Position numbers and translations under genes: made by a program. From contig JAMWBK010000007.1 in NCBI GenBank assembly GCA_029953675.1, positions 1,984,001 to 2,048,000 of the forward strand: 64,000 nt of DNA. The letters run 5' to 3'. Under the pieces are notes generated by a model. That model was not told the DNA's origin and did not search any database. It worked only from the letters and a program-made list of their open reading frames with translations. The first letter of the stretch is position 1; every line of letters starts with the position of its first letter. Positions 23,401-36,388 of the stretch are shown here, piece by piece. This stretch comes from Rhodosorus marinus CCMP1338. Lineage: Eukaryota > Plantae > Rhodophyta.

Positions 23401-23646
23401 GAGAAGAGCAAGGAGGATCTGAAGTTGGCTGCTGAAGATGTGCGTAAGGAAGAGGAGGCAGCACAAGAAAGGGACGCGGAGGACGCCAGAAAGAGAAAGG
23501 CAGAGGAGGAGAAGATGGCTAAGGAAGGCGAGGGCGCTGAAGGCCAAGACGGAGAAGTTGACTTGGAAAAACTCCAGGAGGCTATGAAGATGGCAAGCCA
23601 GGGAGAAGACGACGGAGACGAGGCTGAGGCCAAGGAAGAATTGTAG
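20495..23646 (+). CDS. HSP90B1: ER Hsp90 (GRP94/endoplasmin); 6 exons (introns 20540-20617, 20711-20785, 21767-21871, 22322-22394, 23082-23166)
   Basis: Signal peptide, then [81 protein letters not shown] and ELNPYHP. Ends in KEEL. Confidence 0.97.
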
Positions 23647-24025
23647 GAGGCTATCCGTAGACATTTCCTGGACATTATTATCAGAAACCGGGGAAGCACA
23701 AGAATGTTCCGTTGAGCCGGACAAGACAGCCGCTCATGCTGACGTTCGGAAACAAGTTGGACCAGCCAATAGAGCATACGAATGGACTACATCTCAACCC
23801 TGTGTAAGAAGGGATTCGGATGTTAACCGGGTGATGATGGGAGGGTTCTCCTACTAATGTCTAATCTTACATTTCTGCCTACAGTTCTGCTGTGGGTTTT
23901 TGGTTTTCTTTTGATTATCTCCTTAATTCCCTCGTTTACAAAAAACAAAAAATAAAAAACGTATTTGCTCCTAGTATCAATCGACTTACCCCCGCCCCTC
24001 CAACCCACCCGAAAAGCACTCCACT

Positions 24026-27000
24026 TCATGCTTGTGCTCCTACCTTATACTGGAACAGGGAGTACACGGAATTCCTAGTTATTGCTTCGGTCATATCAGT
24101 AAATAGCTTGAAACCCTCGTTTTGGTATTCATCCAGAGGTTTCTCAGAGCCGTACGCCCGAACTGCAATGACTTGTTTGAGGTAGTCAAGGTCTCTCAGG
24201 TGGGACTTCCACAGGTTGTCCATGACCTGCAGGACAAGAAATCTTATGACTTCGGTGCTGAAGCCCTCCTTCACGTTCTCCAATTCAGCTTCCTTCCTCG
24301 CTAGGATGCCCTTGATTTCTGCTTCCAAGTCGCAGCTTGACATATTGGCGAGCTCCGTCGACGTCAGGGCTGGGAAAAACTGGGTCAGGAGCGCAGCCAT
24401 CTTGTCTTTGTTGCCCTGTTGTGCTTTCACGATCGACTTCTCCGTGTCGAGGCACCACTCGAGCACTTTTTCGGACACCGCGCTAGGGTCAGCCTTCAGA
24501 ATTTCTTTTCGGATTTCGTAGTACTTGTTCCGCTGTTGGCCGACGACCTAAAGAAACCGTTCGAATGCAGTAGACAAAGGTCAGGTCAACGCACCAAAGG
24601 GAGAGATGGCAGAGCTCTCGATTGTCTCACCTGATCGTAATCCCAGAGGAGCTTCCTCATATCGTAGTAGTAGGTTTCTACATTGCTCTGTGAGCTATCA
24701 AGGGCATTGCTGACCTGTTTGTTCTCAATAGGGGTATTCTCATCCACGCGGAACGCGCTCATCAACCCCTTGAGCTTCTCCCCTCCGAACATTGCAAATA
24801 TTGGATCGTCAAGTGCCAGGAAAAATCTCGACGCTCCGGGATCTCCTTGCCTTCCTGATCTTCCTCGGAGCTGATTATCAATTCGTCTAGACTCGTGGCG
24901 ATTCGTCCCAATAATATACAGACCCCCAAGTTTCAAGACTTCCTCCTTTTCGTCAGCAAGTTGACTCCTCAGCTCCTCCTTCGCAGCTTCAAATGCACTT
25001 TGTAGGTTGGTTGCACAAAGTTGATTCTCCCCCAAGTCCGTAGACTCGGTCGCAATGGCGACCACCGTGTCAAGGTCAAGATCCGGTAGGACTTCACGGC
25101 ATTCGGCGACCGCCGCTTCTATTTCCTCCAAGGTTTCCTGTGAAATTTGCAGCGAATCGTCCGTTACTCCAGTATGGGAAGTCTCTAGCTGCTCAGCCGC
25201 TATGACCTTTACAATGTCCCTAGCCAGGTAGTCCGGGTTTCCGCCGAGAAGAATGTCCGTTCCTCTTCCCGCCATGTTTGTGGCAATTGTAATTGCATAC
25301 TGGCGACCAGCCTGGGCAATGATCTCACTCTCTCTCGCAACGTTTTCTGGCTTTGCATTGAGTACTTCGTGGGGACATTCAACATCGGCTAGAAGGCCCG
25401 AGATCATCTCAGAGTCTTCAATGCTCGTCGTTCCCACCAAGAGAGGTCTGCCTTTCGTGTGCTCCAGCGCAATTTCTCTCATTATGGCTCGCACTTTTCC
25501 TTCCCGGGTCTTAAAGACCGCGTCGGGGTAGTCCTTCCTCGCCTTTGGAAGTGCGGTTGGGATGGGAAGCACTTGCAGACCGTAAATGCTGGCAAACTCC
25601 TTTTCTTCGGTAAGCGCGGTGCCTGTCATACCACCGAACTTTTCGAATTCGCTGAAAAGCGATTGGTACGATATGGATGCAATATTCTGCGTCTCCGATG
25701 CTGTCACGATGCCTTCCTTCACCTCAACAGCCTGGTGAACGCCGTCACCCCATCGTCGACCCTTCATCGCTCGGCCAGTGAACTCATCTACAATCACAAC
25801 CTGAGGTTTCGGTTTAGACCACACGAGAAGAGCTCTTTTCAGACCTCACGGAACCCGACACAGTTGGGCTTTGCGACTAACCGGGACCAGAACATACCTC
25901 GCCGTCCTCAATGATATAGTTCGCGTCCTTGATAAACAGTTCCCGAGACTTGATGGCATTAACGATGAAGTTTATCCATGGGTCCTTCAATCCAAATAGA
26001 TCTCTGCCACCAAGAGCTTGTTCACAATCTCTTTGACCCTGTTCTGTGAGAATCACGGACTGTTCCTTCTCTGCCACGGTGTAGTGAACGTCTTTCTCGA
26101 GGAAGTTCGCGATCTTGTCTGCTGCTTGGTACTTCTTCGTGGGCGCATCGACCTACAAGTTCCGAAAAGCACGGGAAGCGATGGAACACGACCTTCAGAA
26201 ACCGGAACAGGTGGTCGTTGGCGGCGTCACAGTGGTGCTTAGTACCTTGCCGGAGATAATCAACGGCGTTCGGGCTTCATCGATAAGGATAGAGTCAGCT
26301 TCGTCCAGAATGCAGTAGGACAGTCGACTTCTCATAACGATTTCAGAGGCTTGCATTGCGAGGTTGTCTCTGAGGTAGTCGAATCCAAGCTCAGAGTTGG
26401 TTACGTAGGTGATATCACAAGCATAGGCATCCCGGCGCTTGATGGGTTCGGCTACATCGGACTGAATAAGGCCCACGGACAGTCCCAGGAAGCGAAAGAT
26501 CTGAAAGGGGATGAACAAGGGCATTGTTAAGGAGGAGCTGATTTAGCATGTCTAACGTCCCTTCTGCGTCATACCTTTCCCATTTGATCTGCATCTCTCT
26601 TTGCTAGGTAGTCGTTGACAGTTACGATGCAAACCCCTCTTCCCTCAAGCGCGTTGAGGAACGCGGCGAGAGTCGCTACCAAGGTCTTTCCTTCACCAGT
26701 TGCCATTTCGGCGATCTTACCGTCGTGGAGGGCCATACCTCCCATCAGCTGAACATCATAGTGCCTGAGACCAATAGCTCTGAAAGCAGCTTCGCGAACC
26801 AGCGCAAAGCTCTCCTCCAGAACATCGTCAAGCGACGCCTCGCCCGCCTGAACCATCTTCTTCAGTGCTGTTGCCCTGGCCTTCAGCTCACCATCATCGA
26901 GGCTCTCAACTCCATCCTCGAGACCGTTGATCTTCACAACCCTAGCCTGATAGCCCTCCAGAATCTTTTGAGCCTCATCCGAGACGCCCAGAGTTGACGC

Positions 27001-27192
27001 AAACACATCAGAACCAGCGCTTTCATTTTCGTTAGAGACTCCAGCTACAGCCTTCTTCAGACCATCGAATAACCCCATCTCAACACGAACTCTACCCCGA
27101 ACCCTTCTACCATGACTACAACCAGACCGCAATCCAGTACGTCCCACCACCTCAGGCCTTACAGGGCCACTAAAAACATTTACAAATCCCAT
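24026..27192 (-). CDS. secA: Nucleus-encoded plastid protein translocase SecA; 5 exons (introns 26574-26501, 26245-26153, 25897-25801, 24630-24548)
   Basis: [103 protein letters not shown] transit peptide. Confidence 0.97.
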
Positions 27193-28842
27193 TATCTCCT
27201 CTCAAATCAATCCAAAAAACTTAGATATCTATGCAAAGTATTCAGTAGCCCATATCTCAAAGCATTCCAAGACCTCTCTTCCTCATAGCCACCTCTATCC
27301 CTTCCCCTCCTTTCCCCTCCTTCCCCTGCAAAAACCCCAGCTCGAAGCAACTTTATAGCCATCCATCAGAATTAGACCATTTTTTCGGTGGTGAAAAAAC
27401 GCACTTAATACAGAATATTTGTTTTTTCAATATGTTTATTAAGGAGTTAGATATTTTCTGGATTTTGTATGTTAAGTTTTCCGAAATTTGAGTTTCATTT
27501 GGAAAGGGGGTTGGATACCGTTTTGGGAAAAGGTGGAGAGCAAGGTGAGGGAGAGAGAGGGAGAGGTGGGGGTAGCGTTGGTAGAGCGTTGAGCTGAAAA
27601 AAGGATGACAAGGCATCCTGGGCGTATGGCTTGAGGGAGGAGGTTCAAGTATGTAGGGATTACCAACGAAATTGCTTCTGCTTGGGGACGATTTCGATTT
27701 CTGAGGTGGATAGTTTCGATTTTTTTGGGAGGTCACTGAGGGTCTCGGGGTGCTGGATGGTTTGGGGTCGGCGTGATCGTTAAGGGGGAACGGAGACTGA
27801 GCTAGACATCGATCTGATGAGCAATCCACTGATTCGCTGTTTTGAAACGTCGTGAGCATGCCCTGTTATCTATCAACTGTGGAAGATTTCTGTCGTCTGC
27901 TTCTTGTTGAACCCCCTTCGAAAAAAACTCGTATGGTGCGAGATAGCAGAATCCATCGATCCTCTGGACAAACAAAAAAAAAAGAAACGTCACCTCATGC
28001 TTGATAAGCCTAGATTGAAAAGACAATGGAGGTATTGTGATAAGCTTCACCAAAAGCCAGGTGCAAAAACCTGTTCACGCTCGGGATCATGGTAAATGCC
28101 ACAACCACAAAAGTCTAAATGAACAATACATGTGAAGAGAGCTTCTATTGGTGACCGCATAATCGGATATGGTTGGATAATCTCAAACCGAAGATATCCT
28201 CAGTTACTGATAAATTTCTACCACGTGTCCTTTTATAAATTTGGCATATGTTAATTGGATTATCATGTACCGGCCAGAATATTCATTTTGTCATAATTTA
28301 AGTGATCAAGCTTTTAGTACAATTCAAACAAAAAATTGATCCGCGGACTCGAACGCGAATCACTGTACGCCCAATTTCTCGTAGACTGTAATTCGACGCA
28401 TTAATAATTAAATTCAATATACTTTCTAGCCAATGATACCTAGATTCTTGATAGAATTGTTTGATAATTTTTTTTTGGTTGAATGGTCCTCCTTCTATGG
28501 CAAAATCCAGGCTCCTAGCTCGGTTCGTTGACTCGGGGATTCAGAGTCAAACGAACGAAAGTGCACAGTTTTCAGTTTCCGTGAGAAGAGCGTGAAGGAT
28601 TCGAATGGTACCCCTGGGGGAAATCGCTTCGCCTCCGTGGCCGAAGCAGACGAAACGCCAGTAGAACCCTCCACGATGCGACTGACTTTTCCGGATCTTT
28701 TGCTCCCTCATCGTGCGACCATAGTCCTGGTGTTTGCAGAGTCGCGTCCTAGACTCTGGTGCCTTGTAAACCGGGTTCAATACTTCCAATGAGATATTCA
28801 AGCAATTACCATAGTGTCAATTCCCAATGGGTTAGTATATGC

Positions 28843-29060
28843 GTCCCCAGGTATCAATCACGGGGTTGGGTGGGATACCACCGTCGGACAGCCTGTGAGC
28901 AAACAATTCAAAGGCCGTAGTTGTACCTCGACTTTATACCCGCAACGTCAACATGTCCCCAGGTGTCAATAATGGGGTTAGATGGGATAACACCGTTGGA
29001 CAGTACATGAACAATTCCAAAGCCGCACTTGTACCTCGAATGTACCCGCACCATGAGCTC
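28843..29060. repeat. Degenerate 112-bp two-copy tandem duplication
   Basis: GTCCCCAGGT(A/G)TCAAT..GGGGTT..GGGATA(C/A)CACCGT(C/T)GGACAG...TTGTACCTCGA...TACCCGCA at 28843 and 28955. Confidence 0.85.
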
Positions 29061-32000
29061 GTCCTGACGCAGCTGTTTCGAGTTAGAATACAGCACTTGC
29101 CATAGCAGAATGTCTGACAGGACGCTCTACTCCCTGCGAACGCTGAAGGGACGGGTTGACGATGTGGGTATGATCAGAAGTACAGTTACTGGTTGCGTAC
29201 GACGCGGTCGCCATGATGGTGTCGCACCTGCCGTTCCAATAGAATGCCTACAGCAGGACAGGCTGGTGTCTCGTAGTAAATGGCTTGTGGAAGTTCCTTG
29301 TTTTCCAAACAAATGGAAAACCATCCTAGCAGCGCGAGCGGGTAGAATCAACGACGCCAAGCGTGGTTCTCCAGAGTTTTGAGCTTTCAGCTTATGACAC
29401 CTGCAGCCTAAGATGATCCATCTGTGACATGGTTTTTCAATAACCCTCGCTTCTCTGGTTTTCAAGGTTCCACATCTGTGCCAGGGGCCCTTCTATTCAG
29501 CTCGGATGGACTTCTTCGGCAGAGGTCAAAAGTCGACCTGACACAAACAAAGGCATGCGCATTGAAACAGCGTAAATTTCTCCCGGATAATCTGCGCTAA
29601 CCCAGGATTGATTCTTTATTCACGACGCTTCGTGCGGTGATTCAAGAAACATCTTTCCCTGCCGATCTGTCTTTTTAGTCTTAAATCAGTGTCGCACAAT
29701 ATGGAGGCGTGGAAACCTTGCTGAGTATGTGTACTCTCCCATATGATGTCCCCCACGGCTGTTGGTAAGAGACTCCGGTTGGTACAGATCCGACGGTCGA
29801 AGGGAAACAAACGAGAGCGACAAGTCGAAGTGGGACCAAGACTCTGGTTGGTGCAGCAGATCCGAGAGTCCCGGGAAAAAGCGAGCGGCAAACTGAGTAG
29901 GTGGAAAACGCAGTAGCTCGTGGACCACAAGCGACCCTTGAACATAACTGAAACCCTCTGTGTGCTCTACAAGCACGATCTATTCAATCACCAAAAATTT
30001 CGTTATCTACTATCCCGCGGTGTCTCCGGGCCGTCTCCTCCGGCGAGTGGACACCGAGGGTACTGGTGTCCTTCAATCACCATCGAGTATACACTCAACC
30101 GCCAAGTCATGCGGCCACAAGCCCCCGTCCAGTCCATTAGTTGCTCACAGCAGCAACCAGATGCAAATCTCAACTATCCTGGTTCGCCCGGCAATCGCTT
30201 TAGAATCCCTCTGGGGGTTACCACCATCTCTACTTGTCTTACGGGATCACTCCGCTGAGATGACGGTCTCACACTTTTCCTTTTCTATTGAAACAGAAAC
30301 AGTTCCAAGTCTGCAGGGCTCATTGCCCACTGCCGCCCCAACTGATATGATCCTCATGCTCCCCGGAGATATGGATCTCCGAAATCAGGCCCTATGCGCA
30401 GCTTCAATCATCCCCGCAATTCAACAGTTAAACGAAAAAAAGATCACCTTTGAAAAAGAATAAAACAAAAAGCAATAATCCCAAGACAAAATAAAGAGAG
30501 CTCTTGGTCAGAGACTGTGGTGTGTGTGTATAGGGTTTTTACTTCTTATCGACTTCGATGCCACTGAAACTCTACTAAGACCATGCAAGCCGTGTCTGAA
30601 CTGGTCTGGACCGGATTCTTACCCATTCTACCAGGCGAGCTGAAAGGGACCAATGAACATAAAGAGGTCAAAACAAAATCAGGATTTTCTTTGAACAGGT
30701 ATTTGAAACGAGCTTGTTTTTTCAAGAATTCAAACGAGCTTTTATATCCGCAAGACACTCTTTGACGAATGAGACGACGTCTACATAAGAAAATTTCTAG
30801 CGTTTGAGATCCTAACAAGCTGGGATACGTATCTTGGCCATCATCAGGTCCGCTTTTTTATCCGAAAAGCTTCTTGTTTTTCTTTTTCTTGGCAGCCAGC
30901 ATCGGAAACCAATGGAATCCCATCATGCTCTGTTTTCGCTTATCCTTCCAGTTTGTACCCAATGAAATCTCTGAAAATGTGTTTTTGATTTCAATGCAGA
31001 GTGAGATAATCCCAGAAACTCGGAGAATTTTCATTTCGAGGAAAAGTAATATTTCCACATTTTTACAAGAAAACCTGGAAATGAAATGTCGTTTCCACCA
31101 CGAACTTCACTCCTTGGCCTGATTCAATCAAGGTTGGGCCCGCATGAGATATTATTGGTTATACATGGATGTGTGTGAATGTAGCTGGCTTCTTCTGGCA
31201 CCGTTTCATTCTTTTTTTTTGGACTGTGTGGGTCGTCGGAACCAGCAGATTTGGATGGTCCTCATGATACGAATTTTAAGCCAATAAAGTTGCCTTCTTG
31301 GATATTTTGAGTCTTAATTGGTTCTTCGGGTTGCGAATAGAACCAATCATATGCGGAAACGTCCCGATCCTGCCCTAGAACGGACATTTTTTATTTAAAA
31401 TAGCTATTCCAACGAATCCAGTAGGACGAACTACCCCGTGCGAACTTGGCAAGTCTGAATGGCCGGAATATTTTGATTTAATATTAGATTGTGGACTCCT
31501 AGGAGGGGGATGCTCGATACTCAGCGGATGAAGAGCTTGCCAATCGTGAGAGAGAGATTTGGGCTGGCTGCCTAGAGCCACTAAGAATCAATACAATTCA
31601 TGCCTTCCACAGAAGACCTAGGCCTGAGCTGCGTCGGAGATGGGCTTCCTTTCCCTCAAAAAAGGCCATATGTCTTTTTGATTGTATCTCGCACATCCGA
31701 CTAGAATTTCTTTTAAAAACGAGTCCCTTGAACTCGAGGCCAAAGCAGTAGGGGAAAAAAAAGCTGGACCGCTCGAAAGATCCTCGAGAAAACTACGAAA
31801 TATCAGCCAACTGGGATCCGCGATTTTCTATGTCAAGGGGGGAGCGAATTCTAATTTCGTTTCCTCCCTCTCATTTGTATACCAATATAATATCACCCAA
31901 TATCTTTTTAGGTTTTAGACCAAAAATATAATATTCTTGTCCAGCGACAAAATATTCGGAATAACTAGTATTTTATAAAGTTTTCCCAGGTGAGAAAGAT

Positions 32001-33346
32001 ATTTTGAAGTCCTGACTAGAAGTTTAACAAATATTTTGACTTTCGAAACGTCGTCATCGCGAGAGGCCTGGCGAGTATTTCTTCTACCCCTCCATTTTTT
32101 TTTTTTAGGGTACTTATTGTAGTTCAGGGGCCAGGGGGGGTTTTGTGGGGAGTTGTAGGGGAGTTGTGCGGGAGGGGAGCGGGGGGGAGGGCGAGGGCTC
32201 AAGGCGGGTAAAGTTATTTTTTTGGCACCGGGTATGGACTGTTATTATTCGCTGGACTTGTGAGTTTTTGACGAACCAACCACCCATTGAGAGGCCACCC
32301 TTAGAAATGTATCAATCATATTGGCTGCTTAACAATCGAATAGAGGAGTAACAACCAACAACCCCCGTCTCTACACAACCCCTCAGGAACAGATTGTGAT
32401 TCGTTTCTCATCGATCTCTTAGGGTTGGTATGGATCCTTCGATTAGTACCTCAGGAATCCGTGCTAGAACTTCTTCCCCCCCATTCCCCCTCCCCCGGCT
32501 CCCGTCAACCCACCCCACCCCCCGACAAGAAAATCAAAACCCACCGGTGGACGTGAGGGGTAAGGATTTCTACATCAAAAACCTCTGGACAAGGGGTGTA
32601 CAATAGGAGTAAGTAGGGATGAATAAATTTGGGGTTTAGGAACGATACTTTGTTTCCCCCTACGAAAAAATATCGAAAACTCAGGGGGGGTTGGAATTAT
32701 TCTTGTTCCTTCACTCTGCAGTTGCTACGGGGGGAAGATCGTATTTTAGGGACAGAACTCTGGTCTTAATAAAACTTTTAGTACTATAACGCGTGACGGA
32801 AGATTATATTACGGGGTAGGTGAGCATCATAATTTTGCGCGAGAGACTTTCTTGTAAGGGGTTGGGTTGTTTGATTTTGATTTTGGGGGGTATGGGGTAT
32901 TTTTGAGTTGGGCTGTTTTTAGGCGGAGATGGGGTTTTCGAGGAGAGGAGGACAACTATCCGGAGCCCGTGTGATGGGCAAGGTAGAGGCAAAGGAGGAT
33001 GTCTTTGTGTGGGTTGGGGGTAGCAGTTGTGCAGAGCAAGGGTTGGTTAGTTAAGGGAGGAGTCGGGTGGAAACGTTATGATAGAGATGATACGGAGAGG
33101 ATAGGGTTTTTTTAGCCGTGAGAATTGTGAATGGTGTCTTGGTAGAGTGGGGTTGGAGAGCAAGGTAGTAACGCTCAGGGGTGTTTGGACTGCTTAGGTT
33201 TTGGGGGAGGGGGGGGGGGTTTTGGATGTATCGTGCTTGAAGTAAAGATTTGCGTGGGAGAGAACACGGGAAGGTCGTGGTGGGGCTTTAAGTGTCGGAG
33301 AGGATAGTTTCTCTGGGCTAACAGGGTCCGGCAAGTGCGTGATTCT

Positions 33347-34405
33347 ATGGAGGGGTACGGGGGTGTTGATCACTGTTGGGACGGGATGACGTTCTCGGCA
33401 GTGGATGAGTTTTTGAGTGTTGCGGGAGTGGAAAGTGTGGATACTGTGCCGGGGAAGGAGGAAGTTTTGTACTTTGACGGGACACAGGATGAGGTGGACG
33501 ACTCCTTGTTCATGGATGATTTGTTGTTGAAGGTTGACGACGTAGTGCCGACTTGGACTGAGGAAAATGAGATAGCCGGAGATCTTGCTCACGATAGAAG
33601 ACTCGTTGCGCAGCACCAGCAGCAACAGCAGCACCAGCAGGTGCAACAGGTACACGCAAATATGTTTGTGGACCCGGAAACCGTCGTAGGAGTGGACCCA
33701 TACATGGGGAACATGGGGCATGCGGAAGCCGTGGTGGACTATAACTCAGTGGACGTTTCTGCCCACAAGATGAATGGCCAACATCTAGTCGAGATGATTG
33801 GAGATGACGGAGATGAACACGAAGGAGCTGTGTCCGAGCCGTTCCCGACGAAGGATGAAATGGGAACCATGGAAGCTTTGCAGCATGCTAAGCAGGAGGA
33901 GAAGCTAGACGGCCAACACCACGGAACGAGAATTTCGATTTCGCCGGTTTCAAACTCTCCGGGAGACCAATCTCCGCTCCTGGGCTTCAATGAAGTTGCA
34001 GAGAAGCTGTCTTCGATTCCGAAGGGCAGGAAGAACTTGAAGTCACGACGAACGGGCAGAAGCGTCTCCGAGAAGTTCATTACGAAAGCGGCATCGAAAA
34101 CAAGAATCTACGCGAACCCCACGGCGTCGCATTTTTGCCATATTTGTTGGAGAAGAGCCAAGTATACGCCAATGGCAGTTTGCAGTAATATTCAGTTCAG
34201 CAGTTGCAGAAAAGTTATCTGCAAGAAGTGCTTTATTTACTACAAGTGGGATTGGGACAAGGCCAACGAGCCCAACTCGAGCTTCCAGTGCACTCATTGC
34301 CTGAATACGTGTCCGGAAGGCGCACAATGCTATACATATGGGAAGACGAATTTGAAGAGGCGGTCAAGCAGAACGAAGGGAACGCCAGTTGCAAACGAGA
34401 CGTGA
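33347..34405 (+). CDS. Cys-rich zinc-finger protein (C-terminal 10-Cys domain resembling zf-4CXXC_R1), acidic and Gln-rich N-terminus; an upstream exon is possible
   Basis: FCHICWRR...VCSNIQFSSCRKVICKKCF...WDW...FQCTHCLNTCPEGAQCY, followed by a basic NLS-like LKRRSSR. CTAACAG acceptor at 33318-33324. Confidence 0.72.
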   Translation: MEGYGGVDHCWDGMTFSAVDEFLSVAGVESVDTVPGKEEVLYFDGTQDEVDDSLFMDDLLLKVDDVVPTWTEENEIAGDLAHDRRLVAQHQQQQQHQQVQQVHANMFVDPETVVGVDPYMGNMGHAEAVVDYNSVDVSAHKMNGQHLVEMIGDDGDEHEGAVSEPFPTKDEMGTMEALQHAKQEEKLDGQHHGTRISISPVSNSPGDQSPLLGFNEVAEKLSSIPKGRKNLKSRRTGRSVSEKFITKAASKTRIYANPTASHFCHICWRRAKYTPMAVCSNIQFSSCRKVICKKCFIYYKWDWDKANEPNSSFQCTHCLNTCPEGAQCYTYGKTNLKRRSSRTKGTPVANET

Positions 34406-36388
34406 AGCGTTTCGACGAGCCTGCTCTTCTGATTTATGGATATTGACCAGTAACTGTAGTGAGCTGTAGAGAATCGTTCAAAAGCTCGAGCTGATACGAA
34501 GAAAACCGGCGAAGGGGTTGCGTTGGCAGACCTTCCGGACTTGCAGTGTGTGTGAGTCGATTTTTTTTTTTCCTGCTTCTTGTATGGTACGCCTTTTTCG
34601 TTGCCTGTAAATTCTGCCTCTGCGCTTTTTTCTGATCGAGTACGTGAAGTATCGTCGAATTTTTTATAAAACACACAAAGTGTCCTTCATCGCAAGTCAT
34701 CGACGAAGAGGCCCGCCGCGACAACGCAGTAACTAACGAATATAGATAGATTGGGGAAGGCCTGCCCCAAACGGTAGAATAGTGCTCATGGCCGCAGAGA
34801 TCGTAAAAAAGTGTTGCGAGCACTTCGACCTGCATTCACAGTCCACTAAACACTGTGAATGCAGGAACTTGAATAGTAGAGGCTAACGGAAAGGAGCCTG
34901 AAGAGGAGCGGTGGGCCGGATGGATGTTGGAAAGAGGACCAGAACGCCCGAACCAGAACACGCGAAGAGAGGGGGGTTTTCTCAGTGCGTTCGAGGATGT
35001 TTCAGGCCTCGGATGAACAGTCTAGACAAGTCATGCAGAGGGATCGAGTGCCTCATAACCAGTGAATCTATTTAAAACCCAAATTAACGCCCTCGAGGTT
35101 GTTCTAGTTTTGATACGAGGTCATATCTCCCCACCCTCCCTCATTCATCGACGAAGCTCTTCAGCTATCATTCAACTCCAAAGAGCTCGTTTCGACCCTC
35201 CACCCAATTCCACAGGTGCTTTTTCACATGACGGAAAAAAAAGGCAAATCTAGAGAATCTACTCCAGCATACACTCAGCCACCAAAAGATTCCAGTGCAG
35301 AGAGGCTTTCCTCTTCAAAGTCATCAGCCTCTCACCCTATGACTTTCTCACCTCCACTGTTCCAATATAATCGCACATCTAAAACTGAGCCTGAGGCCGA
35401 TTGGTGTCTCATTCAATCATTTTTATCTTTCTTAATTTCTCTGCAAGGGCTGTTTTCGTTCTACAAAAGCTTCTGTATTATTATCAATAAATCTAAATCT
35501 AGAAAAATATCCTCATCTACCCCTGATACGGAAATTCTCTTCAGTCATTTTCCTTGAGCTCGTCGCGGGAGTTGTGGGGAGAAAGCTCCACGGTAGTGGA
35601 TGGGAATGCGTTCGGGGGAAGGTGCTGCACGTGATCACTTTCTCCAGAGCTATCCATGTGTCTACTGCACAAGGGCGTCAAAGGGAACCATGTTAGCTTC
35701 AATTGATGATTTTTCTCTCCTCTTGGCAATACCAAACGTTTATGACTTGCGTTTTCAGAAAGTTGGCTTGCAAGGGGATGAGGAAGTCGTCAGCTACTGG
35801 GCCCTTTTGTGTGTGTGTGTGGGTGTGGTGAAAGTCATGTTTGGTGGCCAAAACGCGTTGGATAATCCTGAATGAAGAGAGTTGTGCTCTGTGAGGATAT
35901 GAGACAGTCTGTATTCATATCTGAATTGGTTTGGCTCTGCTGTCCTCTATATGTTGACTGCCCCGCTTAAAAACTCCTGAGACATCGAGGAAGTGACAAG
36001 ATCCTTCCCGATTTCACGACTATGTCCTTGGAGAAGAAACGATGAGAAGGGGACTCGATTCTCTTCTTCGTCAGCCCGCCAGAGTGGGAAGGCTGCGGAT
36101 GAGGAAAGCAAAACGACTCTGATCTTACTTATTTCCCCCTCCCTAACCACCCTGGCCACCCCAGACATATTGTAACATCCCTCTACAGAAATCGTCCTCC
36201 CCGAATCGCGTAAAAACCTTGCTCAGCCGAAAAGTACAAAACTCCTCTATCTAGAACCACCGAAATCAGAAAGGAGCTCTTCCTGATCACAACCAACCCC
36301 ATTCCAATCAGCGAACGAAACAAGCCAAGTCACTATGGCATTGGCCTCCCTCACTATCCGGGTCAAGCCAGAACTCAACGCCACCAGA

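Noticed and set aside
20851-23777. Antisense ORFs over GRP94 (also over SecA, OSCA and ABC-F)
   Set aside because: These are shadow ORFs caused by codon bias and acidic repeats of the real genes.
28333-28405. tRNA-like TTCGAGT loop followed by a T-run on the minus strand
   Set aside because: The T-stem is imperfect and there is no D-arm or acceptor stem; at most a tRNA-derived relic.
28843-29096. Repeat peptide LSNGVIPSNPIIDTWG / LSDGGIPPNPVIDTWG as a repeat protein
   Set aside because: The 112-bp period breaks the frame and most differences are non-synonymous, so it is a plain DNA duplication.
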